DNA of 64,000 nt from Planctomycetota bacterium (GTDB lineage: Bacteria > Planctomycetota > UBA1135 > UBA2386): positions 7,712,001 to 7,776,000 of the forward strand of contig OZ245006.1 of assembly GCA_965223545.1 (NCBI GenBank), in the 5' to 3' direction. Position 1 is the first letter of the stretch, and each line of letters begins with the position of its first letter. The position numbers were made by a program, and so were the translations under genes. Of this stretch, positions 50,940-60,836 are shown piece by piece. Under the pieces are notes generated by a model, which searched no databases, had not been told where the DNA came from, and saw nothing but the letters and a program-made list of their open reading frames with translations.

Positions 50940-52406
50940 TCAGTATCGCGCGGTCGGCGGTGTCGCGCCATGGTCGGCCGGCGTCGGCAGCAGCCGAAGC
51001 TCGATTGCCGACTGGCTGTCGGCGGTCAGCCGCGCGTGCGCGGCGATCTCGACTCCCGCCAACCAGACGATGCGATCGCTGCTGTCGACGACGACTGGCA
51101 GCCGGTCGCGCTCGAGCCGGGCGACGTCGCGCGCGGCCAGCAGCGGGCGCAGGCGCCGGGCGCGCGGCGCGCCGAGCGGCCGCATTCGGTCGTCGGGCCG
51201 CGGGGCCCGCACGAACAGCGCACCGCCGGCTGCCGCCGCGTCCAGCATGGCGGTGTCTCGGGAGGGCACGGTGGCGCGCCGGGGTGCGGCGGGCCTCGCG
51301 CGCCGCGCGATGCTCCAACCGGTTGCGCCGAACGGAGTGACCGGGCGATCGAGCGCGGTCGGTGGCGGCAGCGGGCCGAGGCATCGCCGGTCGAGCAGGA
51401 GCAGGCCGTGCCGCCGTCGTTCGGCGAGCACCGGCCCGGTCAGCTGTGCGCCGGTGTCAGCGTCGAGCAGCGCCACCGCGCGCGCGAGCCAACCGCGGCG
51501 CGGTGGCGCGCCGCAGACGGCGACGTGCGCGTCGCGCAGGGCGATCTGCCAATCGGCGCCGGCCAGCGCCGCGGCGCGCAGTGGCCGCTGCCGGTCGCCG
51601 AGCTGCAGTCGACCCGGCGCGGCGGTGTGGGCCGCGTGCGCCAGTCCCAGCGCGACGCGTTGCTGGCCGGCTTTGTGCAGGCGGCGCGCGGCGTGGGCCA
51701 GCGCCAGCAGCGCGCCGTTCGCCGGCCGCGCCAGCGCCCGGTCGAGCGCCGGCAGCAGCACGTGCCGAACGCGAGCCCGCGCTTGCCGTGGGTCGCGGTT
51801 GGTGGGGTCGTGCCAGCCGCGCACGCCGTGCGCGGCGCAGGCGTCGGCCAGCCGCGCGCGCGGCAGCGACAGCAACGGGCGCAACAGCAGCACGCCCGGA
51901 GCCAGGAGCCGGCGGGCCGCCATGCCGCAGAGTCCGGCCGGTCCCGCTCCGCGCAGCGCGCGCAGTGCGACGGTCTCGGCGTCGTCATCGCGGTGGTGCG
52001 CGGTCAGCACTGCGGCCGCACCGCGTTCGCGGGCGACGGCGAGCAAGGCGTCGTAGCGGGCCGCGCGCATCGCCGCTTCGGACGCCGGCCGCGGTAGATG
52101 GGCCGTGAACAGGGCGAACGGCAGCTGCAGCTGCGCGGCCAGCGTCCGCACCAACGCCTGCCCGTGGCTTGCCGCGCGCTGCTGGCGGTGATCGACGCAC
52201 ACCGCGGTGAACGGACCCCGCCGGTGGCCGCGATGGCGCAGGTGCGCCGCGGCGAGAGCCAGGGCACAGGAGTCCGGACCACCCGACAGCGCGAGGACGA
52301 GGCCGGCGTCTGCCGGCAGCGCGGCGTCCTCCAAAGCGCGGACCAACGCGTCCGCCAGCTCGTCGACGGCGGCGCTTGCGTCGCGCGGGAAGGGAGAAAG
52401 CTGCAT
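50940..52406 (-). CDS. tilS: tRNA(Ile)-lysidine synthase
   Basis: ALSGGPDS, SEAAMRAARY, TAHHRDDDAET, RPLL, DPTN..RARVRH. Confidence 0.9.
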   Translation of the reverse strand: MQLSPFPRDASAAVDELADALVRALEDAALPADAGLVLALSGGPDSCALALAAAHLRHRGHRRGPFTAVCVDHRQQRAASHGQALVRTLAAQLQLPFALFTAHLPRPASEAAMRAARYDALLAVARERGAAAVLTAHHRDDDAETVALRALRGAGPAGLCGMAARRLLAPGVLLLRPLLSLPRARLADACAAHGVRGWHDPTNRDPRQARARVRHVLLPALDRALARPANGALLALAHAARRLHKAGQQRVALGLAHAAHTAAPGRLQLGDRQRPLRAAALAGADWQIALRDAHVAVCGAPPRRGWLARAVALLDADTGAQLTGPVLAERRRHGLLLLDRRCLGPLPPPTALDRPVTPFGATGWSIARRARPAAPRRATVPSRDTAMLDAAAAGGALFVRAPRPDDRMRPLGAPRARRLRPLLAARDVARLERDRLPVVVDSSDRIVWLAGVEIAAHARLTADSQSAIELRLLPTPADHGATPPTARY

Positions 52407-52595
52407 TTGGGTCGGGCCCCGCCGCTCGATATACTCCGCCACGCCGCCGGCAGACAAACCCTCGAAACCCGAACTTTCGCGCCGCTGCAGGCCGCACGCA
52501 GCGGCGCGCCGGCGTCGACCCACCCTTCGGCGCCCCCGTTTGTCGAGCCACGGCCTGTCCGCGAAACGGAGAATCGAAACGGAGAACTCTAGGCG

Positions 52596-53597
52596 ATGAA
52601 GATTGCAATCAACGGCTTCGGTCGAATCGGCCGGTTGGTGTTCCGCGTGCTGCAGCAGCGCGACGACTGCGAAGTCGTGGCGATCAACGACCTGGCGCCG
52701 AGCAGCGCGCTGACCCACCTGCTCAAGTACGACACGGTGCACGGTCGCTACGCCGGCACCGCCGAGGCCACCGAGGGCGGCATGCTGGTCGACGGCGTGG
52801 AGATCAAGACGCTGGCCGAGCGCGATCCCGCGAGTCTGCCGTGGGGTGCGATGGGCATCGATTTCGTCGTCGAGTCGACCGGCGTGTTCGCCAGCCAGGA
52901 CGCGTGCATGAAGCACGTGCAGGCCGGCGCCAAGAAGGTGCTGCTGACGGTGCCGCCGAAGGGCGACATCGACGCCATGGTGGTGCTCGGCGCGAACGAC
53001 GAGGACCTCAAGCCCGAGCACAAGGTGATCTCCAACGCCTCGTGCACCACCAACTGCCTGGCGCCCATGGCCAAGGTGCTGCACGACGCGTTCGGCATCG
53101 AGCGCGGCCTCATGGTGACGGTGCACGCCTACACCAACGACCAGCGCATCGCCGACCTGGTGCACTCCGACATGCGGCGCGCCCGCGCCGGCGCGCAGAA
53201 CATCATCCCGACGACGACGGGCGCCGCCCGCGCGGTCGGCAAGGTGATCCCGTCACTCAACGGCAAGCTCGACGGCTATGCCCTCCGCGTGCCGGTGCCG
53301 GACGGCTCGGTCGTCGACCTCACCGCGACCTTGACCAAGTCGGTGACCATCGCCGACGTCAACGCGGCGTTGAAGAGTGCTGCCGAGGGCAAGCTGAAGG
53401 GCATCCTCGCCTACACCGAGGACCCGATCGTGTCGTCCGACATCCTGGGCGATCCGCACAGCTCGGTCATCGACGGCCAGTCGACGATGGTCGGCGAGGG
53501 CGGCCGCATGGTGAAGGTGGTCAGCTGGTACGACAACGAGTGGGGCTACAGCAACCGCGTCGTCGACCTGATGCAGAAGGCCCACGCGCTGGGCTGA
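52596..53597 (+). CDS. gap: glyceraldehyde-3-phosphate dehydrogenase
   Basis: [30 protein letters not shown]. Confidence 0.98.
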   Translation: MKIAINGFGRIGRLVFRVLQQRDDCEVVAINDLAPSSALTHLLKYDTVHGRYAGTAEATEGGMLVDGVEIKTLAERDPASLPWGAMGIDFVVESTGVFASQDACMKHVQAGAKKVLLTVPPKGDIDAMVVLGANDEDLKPEHKVISNASCTTNCLAPMAKVLHDAFGIERGLMVTVHAYTNDQRIADLVHSDMRRARAGAQNIIPTTTGAARAVGKVIPSLNGKLDGYALRVPVPDGSVVDLTATLTKSVTIADVNAALKSAAEGKLKGILAYTEDPIVSSDILGDPHSSVIDGQSTMVGEGGRMVKVVSWYDNEWGYSNRVVDLMQKAHALG

Positions 53598-53654
53598 GAA
53601 CCCGCCCGCAACAGGCGACCTCGAGCACAGACCCCGAGCCAGCAGGAGCCGGCC

Positions 53655-54824
53655 GTGCAGCGACTTTCCGATCTCGACCTCGCGGCCAAGCGCGTGCTGG
53701 TGCGCGTCGACTTCAACGTTCCCCTCGACGACGACCTCCGGGTCACCTCGGACGCGCGGATCACCGCGGCGTTGCCCACCCTGCGCGCCATCCTCGAAGC
53801 CGGTGGCCGGCCGGTGCTGATGTCGCACCTCGGCCGCCCCAAGGGCGCGGTGGTGGAGCGCATGCGGATGGCGCCGGTGGCCGAGTGGCTGCGCGCCCTG
53901 CTCGGTTGCCCGGTCGAGACGGTTGCCGACTGCGTCGGCGCGGAGGTGGAAGCGGCGGCAGCGGCGCTGCCGGCGGGGGCTTGTCTGCTGCTGGAGAACC
54001 TGCGCTTCCATGCCGAGGAAGAGCGCGGCGACGCCGATTTCGCGGCGGCGCTGGCGCGGTTGGGCGACGTCTACGTCAACGACGCGTTCGGCACCGCGCA
54101 CCGCGCGCACGCCAGCGTCGCCGGCGTGCCGCGCCATCTGCCCAGCGCGCCGGGGCTGTTGCTCGAGCGCGAAATCCGCGCGTTCGACCGCGTGTTGCAG
54201 GCGCCGGAGCGCCCGCTGCTCGCGATCCTGGGCGGCGCCAAGGTCAGTGACAAGCTGCCGGTGCTGCTCAACCTGATCGACGTCGTCGATGGGCTGATCA
54301 TCGGCGGCGCGATGGCCTACACCTTCTTGGCCCAAGACGGCACGGCGATCGGCGCCTCGCGGTGCGAGCCGGATCTGTTCGAGCAGGCGGCGGCGATCCG
54401 CGCCCGCGCCGCGGCGCGCGGGGTGCGGCTGCTGCTGCCGAGTGACCACGTCTGCGCGGCGGAGTTCAAGGCAGATGCTGCGGCGAGCGTGCACGGGCCC
54501 GCGATCCCCGACGGCCTCATGGCACTCGACATCGGGCCGGCGACCGTAGCGGCCTTCACCGAAGAGATCGCCGCCGCCAAGACCATCGTGTGGAACGGGC
54601 CGATGGGCGTGTTCGAGATGCCGGCCTTCGCCGCGGGCACCGAGGCAGTGGCCCGGGCGGTCGCCGACAGCGCGGCGTTCTCGGTGGTCGGCGGCGGCGA
54701 TTCGGTCGCGGCGGTCGAGCAGGTCGGCGTGCAGGACCGCGTCGGCCACGTCTCCACCGGCGGTGGCGCGTCGCTCGAGCTGCTCGAGGGCAAGACCTTG
54801 CCCGGCATCGCGGCCTTGGACTGA
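53655..54824 (+). CDS. pgk: phosphoglycerate kinase
   Basis: RVDFNVP, SHLGRP, NDAFGTAHRAHAS, STGGGASLE. Confidence 0.97.
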   Translation: MQRLSDLDLAAKRVLVRVDFNVPLDDDLRVTSDARITAALPTLRAILEAGGRPVLMSHLGRPKGAVVERMRMAPVAEWLRALLGCPVETVADCVGAEVEAAAAALPAGACLLLENLRFHAEEERGDADFAAALARLGDVYVNDAFGTAHRAHASVAGVPRHLPSAPGLLLEREIRAFDRVLQAPERPLLAILGGAKVSDKLPVLLNLIDVVDGLIIGGAMAYTFLAQDGTAIGASRCEPDLFEQAAAIRARAAARGVRLLLPSDHVCAAEFKADAAASVHGPAIPDGLMALDIGPATVAAFTEEIAAAKTIVWNGPMGVFEMPAFAAGTEAVARAVADSAAFSVVGGGDSVAAVEQVGVQDRVGHVSTGGGASLELLEGKTLPGIAALD

Positions 54825-54870
54825 CGCAACCCTTCGCTTCGCCGCCCATCGACCGACCCGCAGGAACAAA

Positions 54871-55539
54871 ATGCACCCGACGCGCATCTCCCCGTCGTTG
54901 CTCTCGTGTGACTTCGCCCGCATCGCCGACGAGGTGGCGCGCGTCGAGGCAGCCGGTGCCGATTGGCTGCACGTCGACGTCATGGACGCGCACTTCGTGC
55001 CCAACCTGACCATCGGCCCGCCGGTGGTAGCGGCGATCAAGAGCGTGGCGCAGCGGCCGCTCGACGTGCACCTGATGATCGACGACCCGTGGACCTACGC
55101 CGATGCGTTTCTCGATGCGGGTGCCGACGTGCTGACCTTCCACCTCGAAGTGGCCGACCGCGGCGATGCGCTGGCGCTGATCGAGAGGATCCGGGCGCGC
55201 GGTGCGCGGCCGGCGATGGCGCTCAACCCGGATGCCGACGTCGAGCGGTTGCGGCCCTACCTGCCGGAGCTCGACATGGTGCTGGTGATGAGCGTGTTCC
55301 CGGGATTCGGTGGGCAGAAATTCATTCCGGACGTGCTGGCCACGGTGCGGGCGCTGCCGGACCTCGGTTTCCGCGGTGAGATCGAGATGGACGGCGGGGT
55401 CGCGCCGGACACGGTGGCCGCCTGCGCGGCGGCGGGAACCAACGTCTTCGTCGCCGGCACCGCGGTGTTCGGAGCGCCCGATGCCAAGGTGGCGATCGAC
55501 ACTCTGCGCGGGACCGCGGACGCGCACCGGCCTCGGTAG
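54871..55539 (+). CDS. rpe: ribulose-phosphate 3-epimerase
   Basis: SPSLLS, HVDVMD.HFVPN, DVHLMI, MSVFPGFGGQ, MDGG. Confidence 0.95.
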   Translation: MHPTRISPSLLSCDFARIADEVARVEAAGADWLHVDVMDAHFVPNLTIGPPVVAAIKSVAQRPLDVHLMIDDPWTYADAFLDAGADVLTFHLEVADRGDALALIERIRARGARPAMALNPDADVERLRPYLPELDMVLVMSVFPGFGGQKFIPDVLATVRALPDLGFRGEIEMDGGVAPDTVAACAAAGTNVFVAGTAVFGAPDAKVAIDTLRGTADAHRPR

Positions 55540-55630
55540 AACGCCGGATTCGAGACCAGGGGGGCTTTGCGCGGTCCCGAAAGGTATCCTTGGATCTCAC
55601 CTCTACCCTCTTTCAGACCTGGCGATTGCG

Positions 55631-56641
55631 ATGGCCTGGACCCGATTTGGCAAGAAGAAGGACATGCCCGGTGGGCTTTGGATCAAGTGCGAGCGGTGCG
55701 GCACCATGCTGTTCCGCAAGGACTTCGAGCAAAAGCGCCGGGTCTGCGCGTCCTGCGGACACCACTTCACCTTGCCGGCGCGCGAGCGGATCGCGCTGAC
55801 TGCCGACGAGGGCTCGTTCGTCGAGCTGGCGCAGGAGCTCACCGGCGGCGACCGGCTGGGCTTCGTCGACCGGGTGCCCTACGGCGAGAAGCTGGAGAGC
55901 ACGCGGCAGAAGACCGGCGAGAAGGAGGCCGTGATCATCGGCACCTGCACGATCCGCGGCCTGCCGGCGGTGCTGGGGGTGATGAACTTCTCCTTCCTCG
56001 GCGGCTCGATGGGTGCTGTCGTCGGCGAGAAAGTGGCCCTGGCGGCGGAGCACGCGCGCGAGCACGGCCTGCCGCTGATCCTGTTCTCCTGCTCCGGCGG
56101 GGCGCGGATGCACGAGGGCGCCATCTCGCTGATGCAGATGGCCAAGACCTGCGGCGCGCTGTCGCGGCTCAACGACGCCGGCGGCTTCTCGATCTCGGTG
56201 ATGACCCACCCCACGACGGGTGGCGTCACCGCCAGCTTCGCCTCGGTCTGCGACGTCCTGCTCGCCGAGCCCGGCGCGCTGATCGGCTTTGCCGGCCCGC
56301 GGGTGATCGCCACGACGATCAAGAAGGAGCTGCCCAAGGGCTTCCAGCGGGCCGAGTTCTTGCTCGAGAAGGGGCAGCTCGACCGGATCGTCACGCGCGA
56401 CAAGATGCGCGCCGAGCTGGCGCGGTTGATCGCCTACGCCACGAATGCCGACCCGGTCGCGGCCTACGCGGCCGAGGCCAGTGAGGGCAAGGGCGACGGC
56501 GCGGCCAACGGCAACGGCGCCGAGGCCGGCAGCGCCAACGGCAAATCGAATGGCAACGGCAAGGGCAAGGGCAATGGCCGCACCGCGGTGGCCGAGGCCA
56601 AGCCCAAGGGGCGGCGCGGCAAGAAGCGCGCCAAGTCCTGA
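55631..56641 (+). CDS. accD: acetyl-CoA carboxylase carboxyltransferase beta
   Basis: LWIKC..C zinc finger, GGSMG.VVGEK, SGGARM.EG, PTTGGVTASF. Confidence 0.95.
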   Translation: MAWTRFGKKKDMPGGLWIKCERCGTMLFRKDFEQKRRVCASCGHHFTLPARERIALTADEGSFVELAQELTGGDRLGFVDRVPYGEKLESTRQKTGEKEAVIIGTCTIRGLPAVLGVMNFSFLGGSMGAVVGEKVALAAEHAREHGLPLILFSCSGGARMHEGAISLMQMAKTCGALSRLNDAGGFSISVMTHPTTGGVTASFASVCDVLLAEPGALIGFAGPRVIATTIKKELPKGFQRAEFLLEKGQLDRIVTRDKMRAELARLIAYATNADPVAAYAAEASEGKGDGAANGNGAEAGSANGKSNGNGKGKGNGRTAVAEAKPKGRRGKKRAKS

Positions 56642-56667
56642 GTCTGCTGCAGAAGCCGACCCGCCCG

Positions 56668-57708
56668 GTGCCGCGCACGCCGCGCGCCGGCGCGCTGCCC
56701 GGTCGCTACAAGAGCGACAGCGACGACTTCGTCGTCGAAGAGGTGCCGCTGTACGAGCCCTGCGGCGAGGGCTCGCATACCTACCTGTGGATCGAGAAGC
56801 GCGGCCGGTCGACGTTCGACGCGATCGCCGCGCTGGCGCGGGCGCTCGGCCGGCGTGACCGTGACTTCGGGGTTGCCGGGCTCAAGGATGCGCGCGCGGT
56901 GACGCGGCAGTGGGTGTCGATCGAGGACGTGCCCCCTGCCAGCGTCGAGGGCCTGCAGCTCGATGGCGTCGTGGTGCTCGCCGCGCGGGCCCACACCAAC
57001 AAGCTCAAGCTGGGCCATCTGCGCGGCAACCGGTTTCGCATCACGGTTGTTGGCGCGGGCGCCGAACACGTTGGCGAGGCCGAGCAACGGCTCTCGCAGC
57101 TGGCGGACGCCGGCGTGCCGAACTACTTCGGTGTGCAGCGGTTCGGCAAGCGCGGCGCCAACCTCGACAAGGGGCTGCGCATCCTGCGCGGCAATCCACG
57201 CAAAGCGGCGCGCACCATGCCGCGCCGGCTGCTCGGCCTGGTGGTCTCCGCCGTGCAGAGCGAAGTCTTCAACCGCGTCCTCACCGCTCGCATCGCCACC
57301 TGCGATCAGCTGCTCGAGGGCGACGTCGCCTGGCTGCACCGCAACGGCGCGTGCTTTGTGGTGGAGGACGCCGCCGCCGAGGCGCCGCGCGCCGCCGCCT
57401 TCGAAGTGTCGCCGAGTGGACCCCTGCCGGGGCCGGACCTCCTCGCCGCGACCGGCGAAGCCGGCCGCATCGAGGCCGAGGCGATGGCGGCGCTCGACCT
57501 GTCGGCGCACGCATTCGCCCGGGTGCCGGGCAAGCGCCACGCCGGCGCGCGCCGGCCGCTGCGCGTGCCGCTGATCGAGCCGAGGGTGCGCAGCACGGAC
57601 CGCGGGCTGGAGCTGGCATTCGAGCTGCCGCGCGGCAGCTATGCCACGGCAGTGCTCGACGAGCTGCTGGTTGACGCGCCGTGGTTCGGCGACGACGCGG
57701 GGCGCTGA
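56668..57708 (+). CDS. truD: tRNA pseudouridine(13) synthase
   Basis: DFVVEE, AGLKDARAVTRQW, GHLRGNRF, PNYFGVQRFG, FELPRGSYAT. Confidence 0.93.
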   Translation: MPRTPRAGALPGRYKSDSDDFVVEEVPLYEPCGEGSHTYLWIEKRGRSTFDAIAALARALGRRDRDFGVAGLKDARAVTRQWVSIEDVPPASVEGLQLDGVVVLAARAHTNKLKLGHLRGNRFRITVVGAGAEHVGEAEQRLSQLADAGVPNYFGVQRFGKRGANLDKGLRILRGNPRKAARTMPRRLLGLVVSAVQSEVFNRVLTARIATCDQLLEGDVAWLHRNGACFVVEDAAAEAPRAAAFEVSPSGPLPGPDLLAATGEAGRIEAEAMAALDLSAHAFARVPGKRHAGARRPLRVPLIEPRVRSTDRGLELAFELPRGSYATAVLDELLVDAPWFGDDAGR

Positions 57709-57737
57709 GCGCCGCGGCACGCGCTACCGTGGGCGTG

Positions 57738-58433
57738 ATGGCTTCCACCTCGTTCAGTGGGTTCCCGCGCGGCACGCGCAAGTTCTTGGGCCAGCTTGCC
57801 GCCAACAACGACCGCACGTGGTTCGCGGCCAACAAGCCGCGGCATGAGGAGGATGTGGTGGCGCCGGCGCTGGCGTTCATCGAGGCGATGCGGGCGCCCC
57901 TGGAGAGAATCTCGCCGCACTTCACCGCGGTGCCTTCGCGCACTGGTGGTTCGTTGATGCGGATCTACCGGGATACGCGCTTTGGCGCGGACAAGACTCC
58001 GTACAAGACCAACATCGGCATCCAGTTCCGCCACGAGGCTGGCAAGGACGTGCACGCCCCCGGTTTCTATGTCCACATCGAGGCGAAGAGCGCGTTCTTG
58101 GGCGCTGGGCTGTGGCACCCAGAGCGCGACGCGTTGGCCGCGATCCGCACCGCGATCGCCACCGACCCGCCGGCGTGGAAGAAGGCGCGCGGCGGCGCCG
58201 CGTTTCGCCGCGACTACGAGCTAGCCGGCGAGTCGTTACAGCGTCCGCCGCGCGGCTTCGACCGCGACTCCCCGGTGATCGAGGATCTCAAGCGCAAGGA
58301 CTTCATTGGCGTCGTCGAGCTGCGGCCCACGGCGGTCGAGGCTCGCGACTTCGCCGCCGGCGTGGCGCGGCGGTTCTCCGCGGCGAAGGGTTTCATGCGC
58401 TTCCTGTGCGAGGCGGTCGGCGTGGACTTCTGA
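57738..58433 (+). CDS. DUF2461 family protein
   Basis: LAANNDRTWF, MRIYRDTRF..DKTPYK, LQRPPRGF. Confidence 0.85.
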   Translation: MASTSFSGFPRGTRKFLGQLAANNDRTWFAANKPRHEEDVVAPALAFIEAMRAPLERISPHFTAVPSRTGGSLMRIYRDTRFGADKTPYKTNIGIQFRHEAGKDVHAPGFYVHIEAKSAFLGAGLWHPERDALAAIRTAIATDPPAWKKARGGAAFRRDYELAGESLQRPPRGFDRDSPVIEDLKRKDFIGVVELRPTAVEARDFAAGVARRFSAAKGFMRFLCEAVGVDF

Positions 58434-58449
58434 GACTCCTGCTCAACCT

Positions 58450-60693
58450 TCACCCCGCCGGCGTCGTCTCGATGACGGTGGGCGTTGCGGCATCGAGCAC
58501 GATCCGCACCCGCGGACCGAGCGCGAGGCACGCGGCCAGATCCGGATGGGCGCGCAACAGCGCGAAGTAGTCGTCCGAGAACGCTTCGATGCGGCGCACG
58601 TGGCGGCGCATTTGGTCGCCGTAGGCGCGGTCGATCCATACCTCGCCGACCTGGTAGAACGTCCGGCCGCCCGCGCGGCGTGTCTGCGGCGCCGCCGGCG
58701 GGGGAGTGGTGGGGCGGGCGCGCTGTCCACCCGTGCCACCCGTGAAGAACTGATCGGCGCCGACGACCAAGGCGCGGCTGTCAGCGACCGCTTCTGCGCC
58801 GGTCTGTTGTTGACCAAGCCGCTCGAAGCGACGCTTGGAGGCCGCGGCCGCCGCGCCAGGGGGCGGCGCGGGTGAGCTCGGTCCTCCCGAGGCTGGACCG
58901 CTCGGCCTTGGCGTGGCGGCGGTGCCGGACCGCGGAAGCGCTGCGGTACGGGGACCGGGGCTCGCGCCCAGCCGCACGCTCTCCTCGATCACCAGATGCG
59001 AGGTGAATGGCGTGACCAGGCCGAACTCGACCCCGAGCCGTTCCACCTCCTCGGTCAGCTCCGGCGCGTGGCCGTTGATCCGGATCGACTCGAGGAGCAC
59101 CGCGACCCGACGCTCCGCCCACAGAGCGGGCAGAAACTCGTGGTCGCGGCACTCCTCGGCGAACGTCCCCTCGTAGACGAACTCCTTCTGACAACCGGCC
59201 ACCGCGCCGCGCAGTCGCACCGCGTGGTGGCCGTATTCCGTATAGCGCCCGACGACGCCGACCCGGCTGCCGCGGAACAGATCCGCAAGCGTTTGCGGCA
59301 TCACGCCGTACACGCGTGCACCGCCCAGGTCGAGCGTGGGCCGTGCCAGCACCGGATGGCTCAGCTTGGTGAGCAGACCGGTGGTGACGATCCCGATGTC
59401 CTCGCCGGGCCGGATGTAGCTCCGCGCGCCCTGTGTCGAGGCCGCCAAGTGGTCGAGCAGGTGTGTGTTGACGTCGTCGCCGACGCCCAGCGCGAAGATC
59501 CGCTGGCCTGCATCGTTGATGCTGCCCGCGCTCGCCACCAGGGTGCGGGCATCGGTCGTGCCGACCGTCGGCTGCCCGTCGGTCAAGAGCACGGTCATCG
59601 GCACGCGCTGGTCGTCGCTGGCGGCGCGCAGCGCGCAGTGCAGCGCGTCCTCGATGTTGGTGCCGCCTCGCGCGGTGATGGTCGCGGTCAGCTGCAGCGC
59701 CTGCGCGACGTGCTCGGCCGACGCGGGCACCGGTTCGGAGAAGAACGGCCGGGCCTCCGTCGAGAACGGCACGACGTTGAAGTGGTCCTCGGGGTGCAGC
59801 GAGCGCAGGAAGAACCGCACCGCGGCGCGTGCCTGCGCAATCTTGTCGCCCTTCATCGAGCCGGACGTGTCGAGCACCAGCTGGATCGACTTGGCCAGCC
59901 GTTGGCCGTCGGGCAGCTCGACCTTGGGCGACAGCAGCGCCAAGAAGTAGCCGGGCTCGCCGGGACGCCGGTGGGTGAGCAGGTGGACGCCGAAGTCGGC
60001 ATCGCCGGTGCCCCAGTACACCGCGCCGTCGCCACCGGTGGTGCGCGGCGCATCGTACTCGGCGCTGATTCGTAGGGAGTGGTCGTCGCGGCGCGCGATC
60101 TCGACGCCTGCCAACGGCGAGAACACGTTGACGATGGGATCGGTGCTGTGCACCGACAGGTCGAAGGTGGTGGCGTCCGGGCGCGTGCCGTCGACCGAGG
60201 GTGCGGACAGCGGCAGCCGGTAGGCCAGCAGGCCGCCGTCCTGCGGCAGCACGTGCCGGAAGCGGACCTCGAGCGTGACCTGGCCGCGCGCCGGGACCGG
60301 AAACACCCGCGCCCGCACGCAGCCCTGGCCGTCGTACTCGAGCAGGGCGGGGTCGCGGCGCTGGCGCACGATGCGCTCGTAGATGCCGCGTGCGCGACCG
60401 GCGTCGAGCACCTCGCCCGTCGTCTCGACCCCGTCGACGGTGAGCCGCAGCTGGTCGGCGGCCGCGCCCGGTGGCAGCGGGAGCACCCAGCGCGCCTCGC
60501 GTGGTCGCGACGTGTGGTTGCGGATCACTTGGCGCCATCGCGTGGTGGCGACGCCATCGCGCACTTCGGCCGTGACGCGCAGCGGTCCCGCGGCGCCGGC
60601 CGACGCGAGGGGGCGGGGCGACTGCGTCGCCGGTGGGCGTTGCTGCGGAGCGAGCGAGAGCATCAGGCAGAGCAGTGGCGTCGCGGCGGGCAT
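58450..60693 (-). CDS. secreted VIT + vWA domain protein
   Basis: VIT domain (ARGIYERIVRQRRDPALLEY), MIDAS DTSGSM, GGTNI, LTDGQPT. Confidence 0.88.
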   Translation of the reverse strand: MPAATPLLCLMLSLAPQQRPPATQSPRPLASAGAAGPLRVTAEVRDGVATTRWRQVIRNHTSRPREARWVLPLPPGAAADQLRLTVDGVETTGEVLDAGRARGIYERIVRQRRDPALLEYDGQGCVRARVFPVPARGQVTLEVRFRHVLPQDGGLLAYRLPLSAPSVDGTRPDATTFDLSVHSTDPIVNVFSPLAGVEIARRDDHSLRISAEYDAPRTTGGDGAVYWGTGDADFGVHLLTHRRPGEPGYFLALLSPKVELPDGQRLAKSIQLVLDTSGSMKGDKIAQARAAVRFFLRSLHPEDHFNVVPFSTEARPFFSEPVPASAEHVAQALQLTATITARGGTNIEDALHCALRAASDDQRVPMTVLLTDGQPTVGTTDARTLVASAGSINDAGQRIFALGVGDDVNTHLLDHLAASTQGARSYIRPGEDIGIVTTGLLTKLSHPVLARPTLDLGGARVYGVMPQTLADLFRGSRVGVVGRYTEYGHHAVRLRGAVAGCQKEFVYEGTFAEECRDHEFLPALWAERRVAVLLESIRINGHAPELTEEVERLGVEFGLVTPFTSHLVIEESVRLGASPGPRTAALPRSGTAATPRPSGPASGGPSSPAPPPGAAAAASKRRFERLGQQQTGAEAVADSRALVVGADQFFTGGTGGQRARPTTPPPAAPQTRRAGGRTFYQVGEVWIDRAYGDQMRRHVRRIEAFSDDYFALLRAHPDLAACLALGPRVRIVLDAATPTVIETTPAG

Positions 60694-60836
60694 CGGCGTT
60701 TCCTGGCAGGGACAACGAACACCGCCGCACGGGGCAAGAAGCGGGCCGGCCGCGTCAACCGCGACCGACCCGCTTCTACTAGCTCCGGAGTTGCGCCCGC
60801 GTAACGACTGCGTGCCGGCGGTGCACGAGCGCGCCC

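Noticed and set aside
56480..56640. GGCAA-rich repeats at the end of accD
   Set aside because: In-frame low-complexity G/N/K tail, not a DNA repeat element
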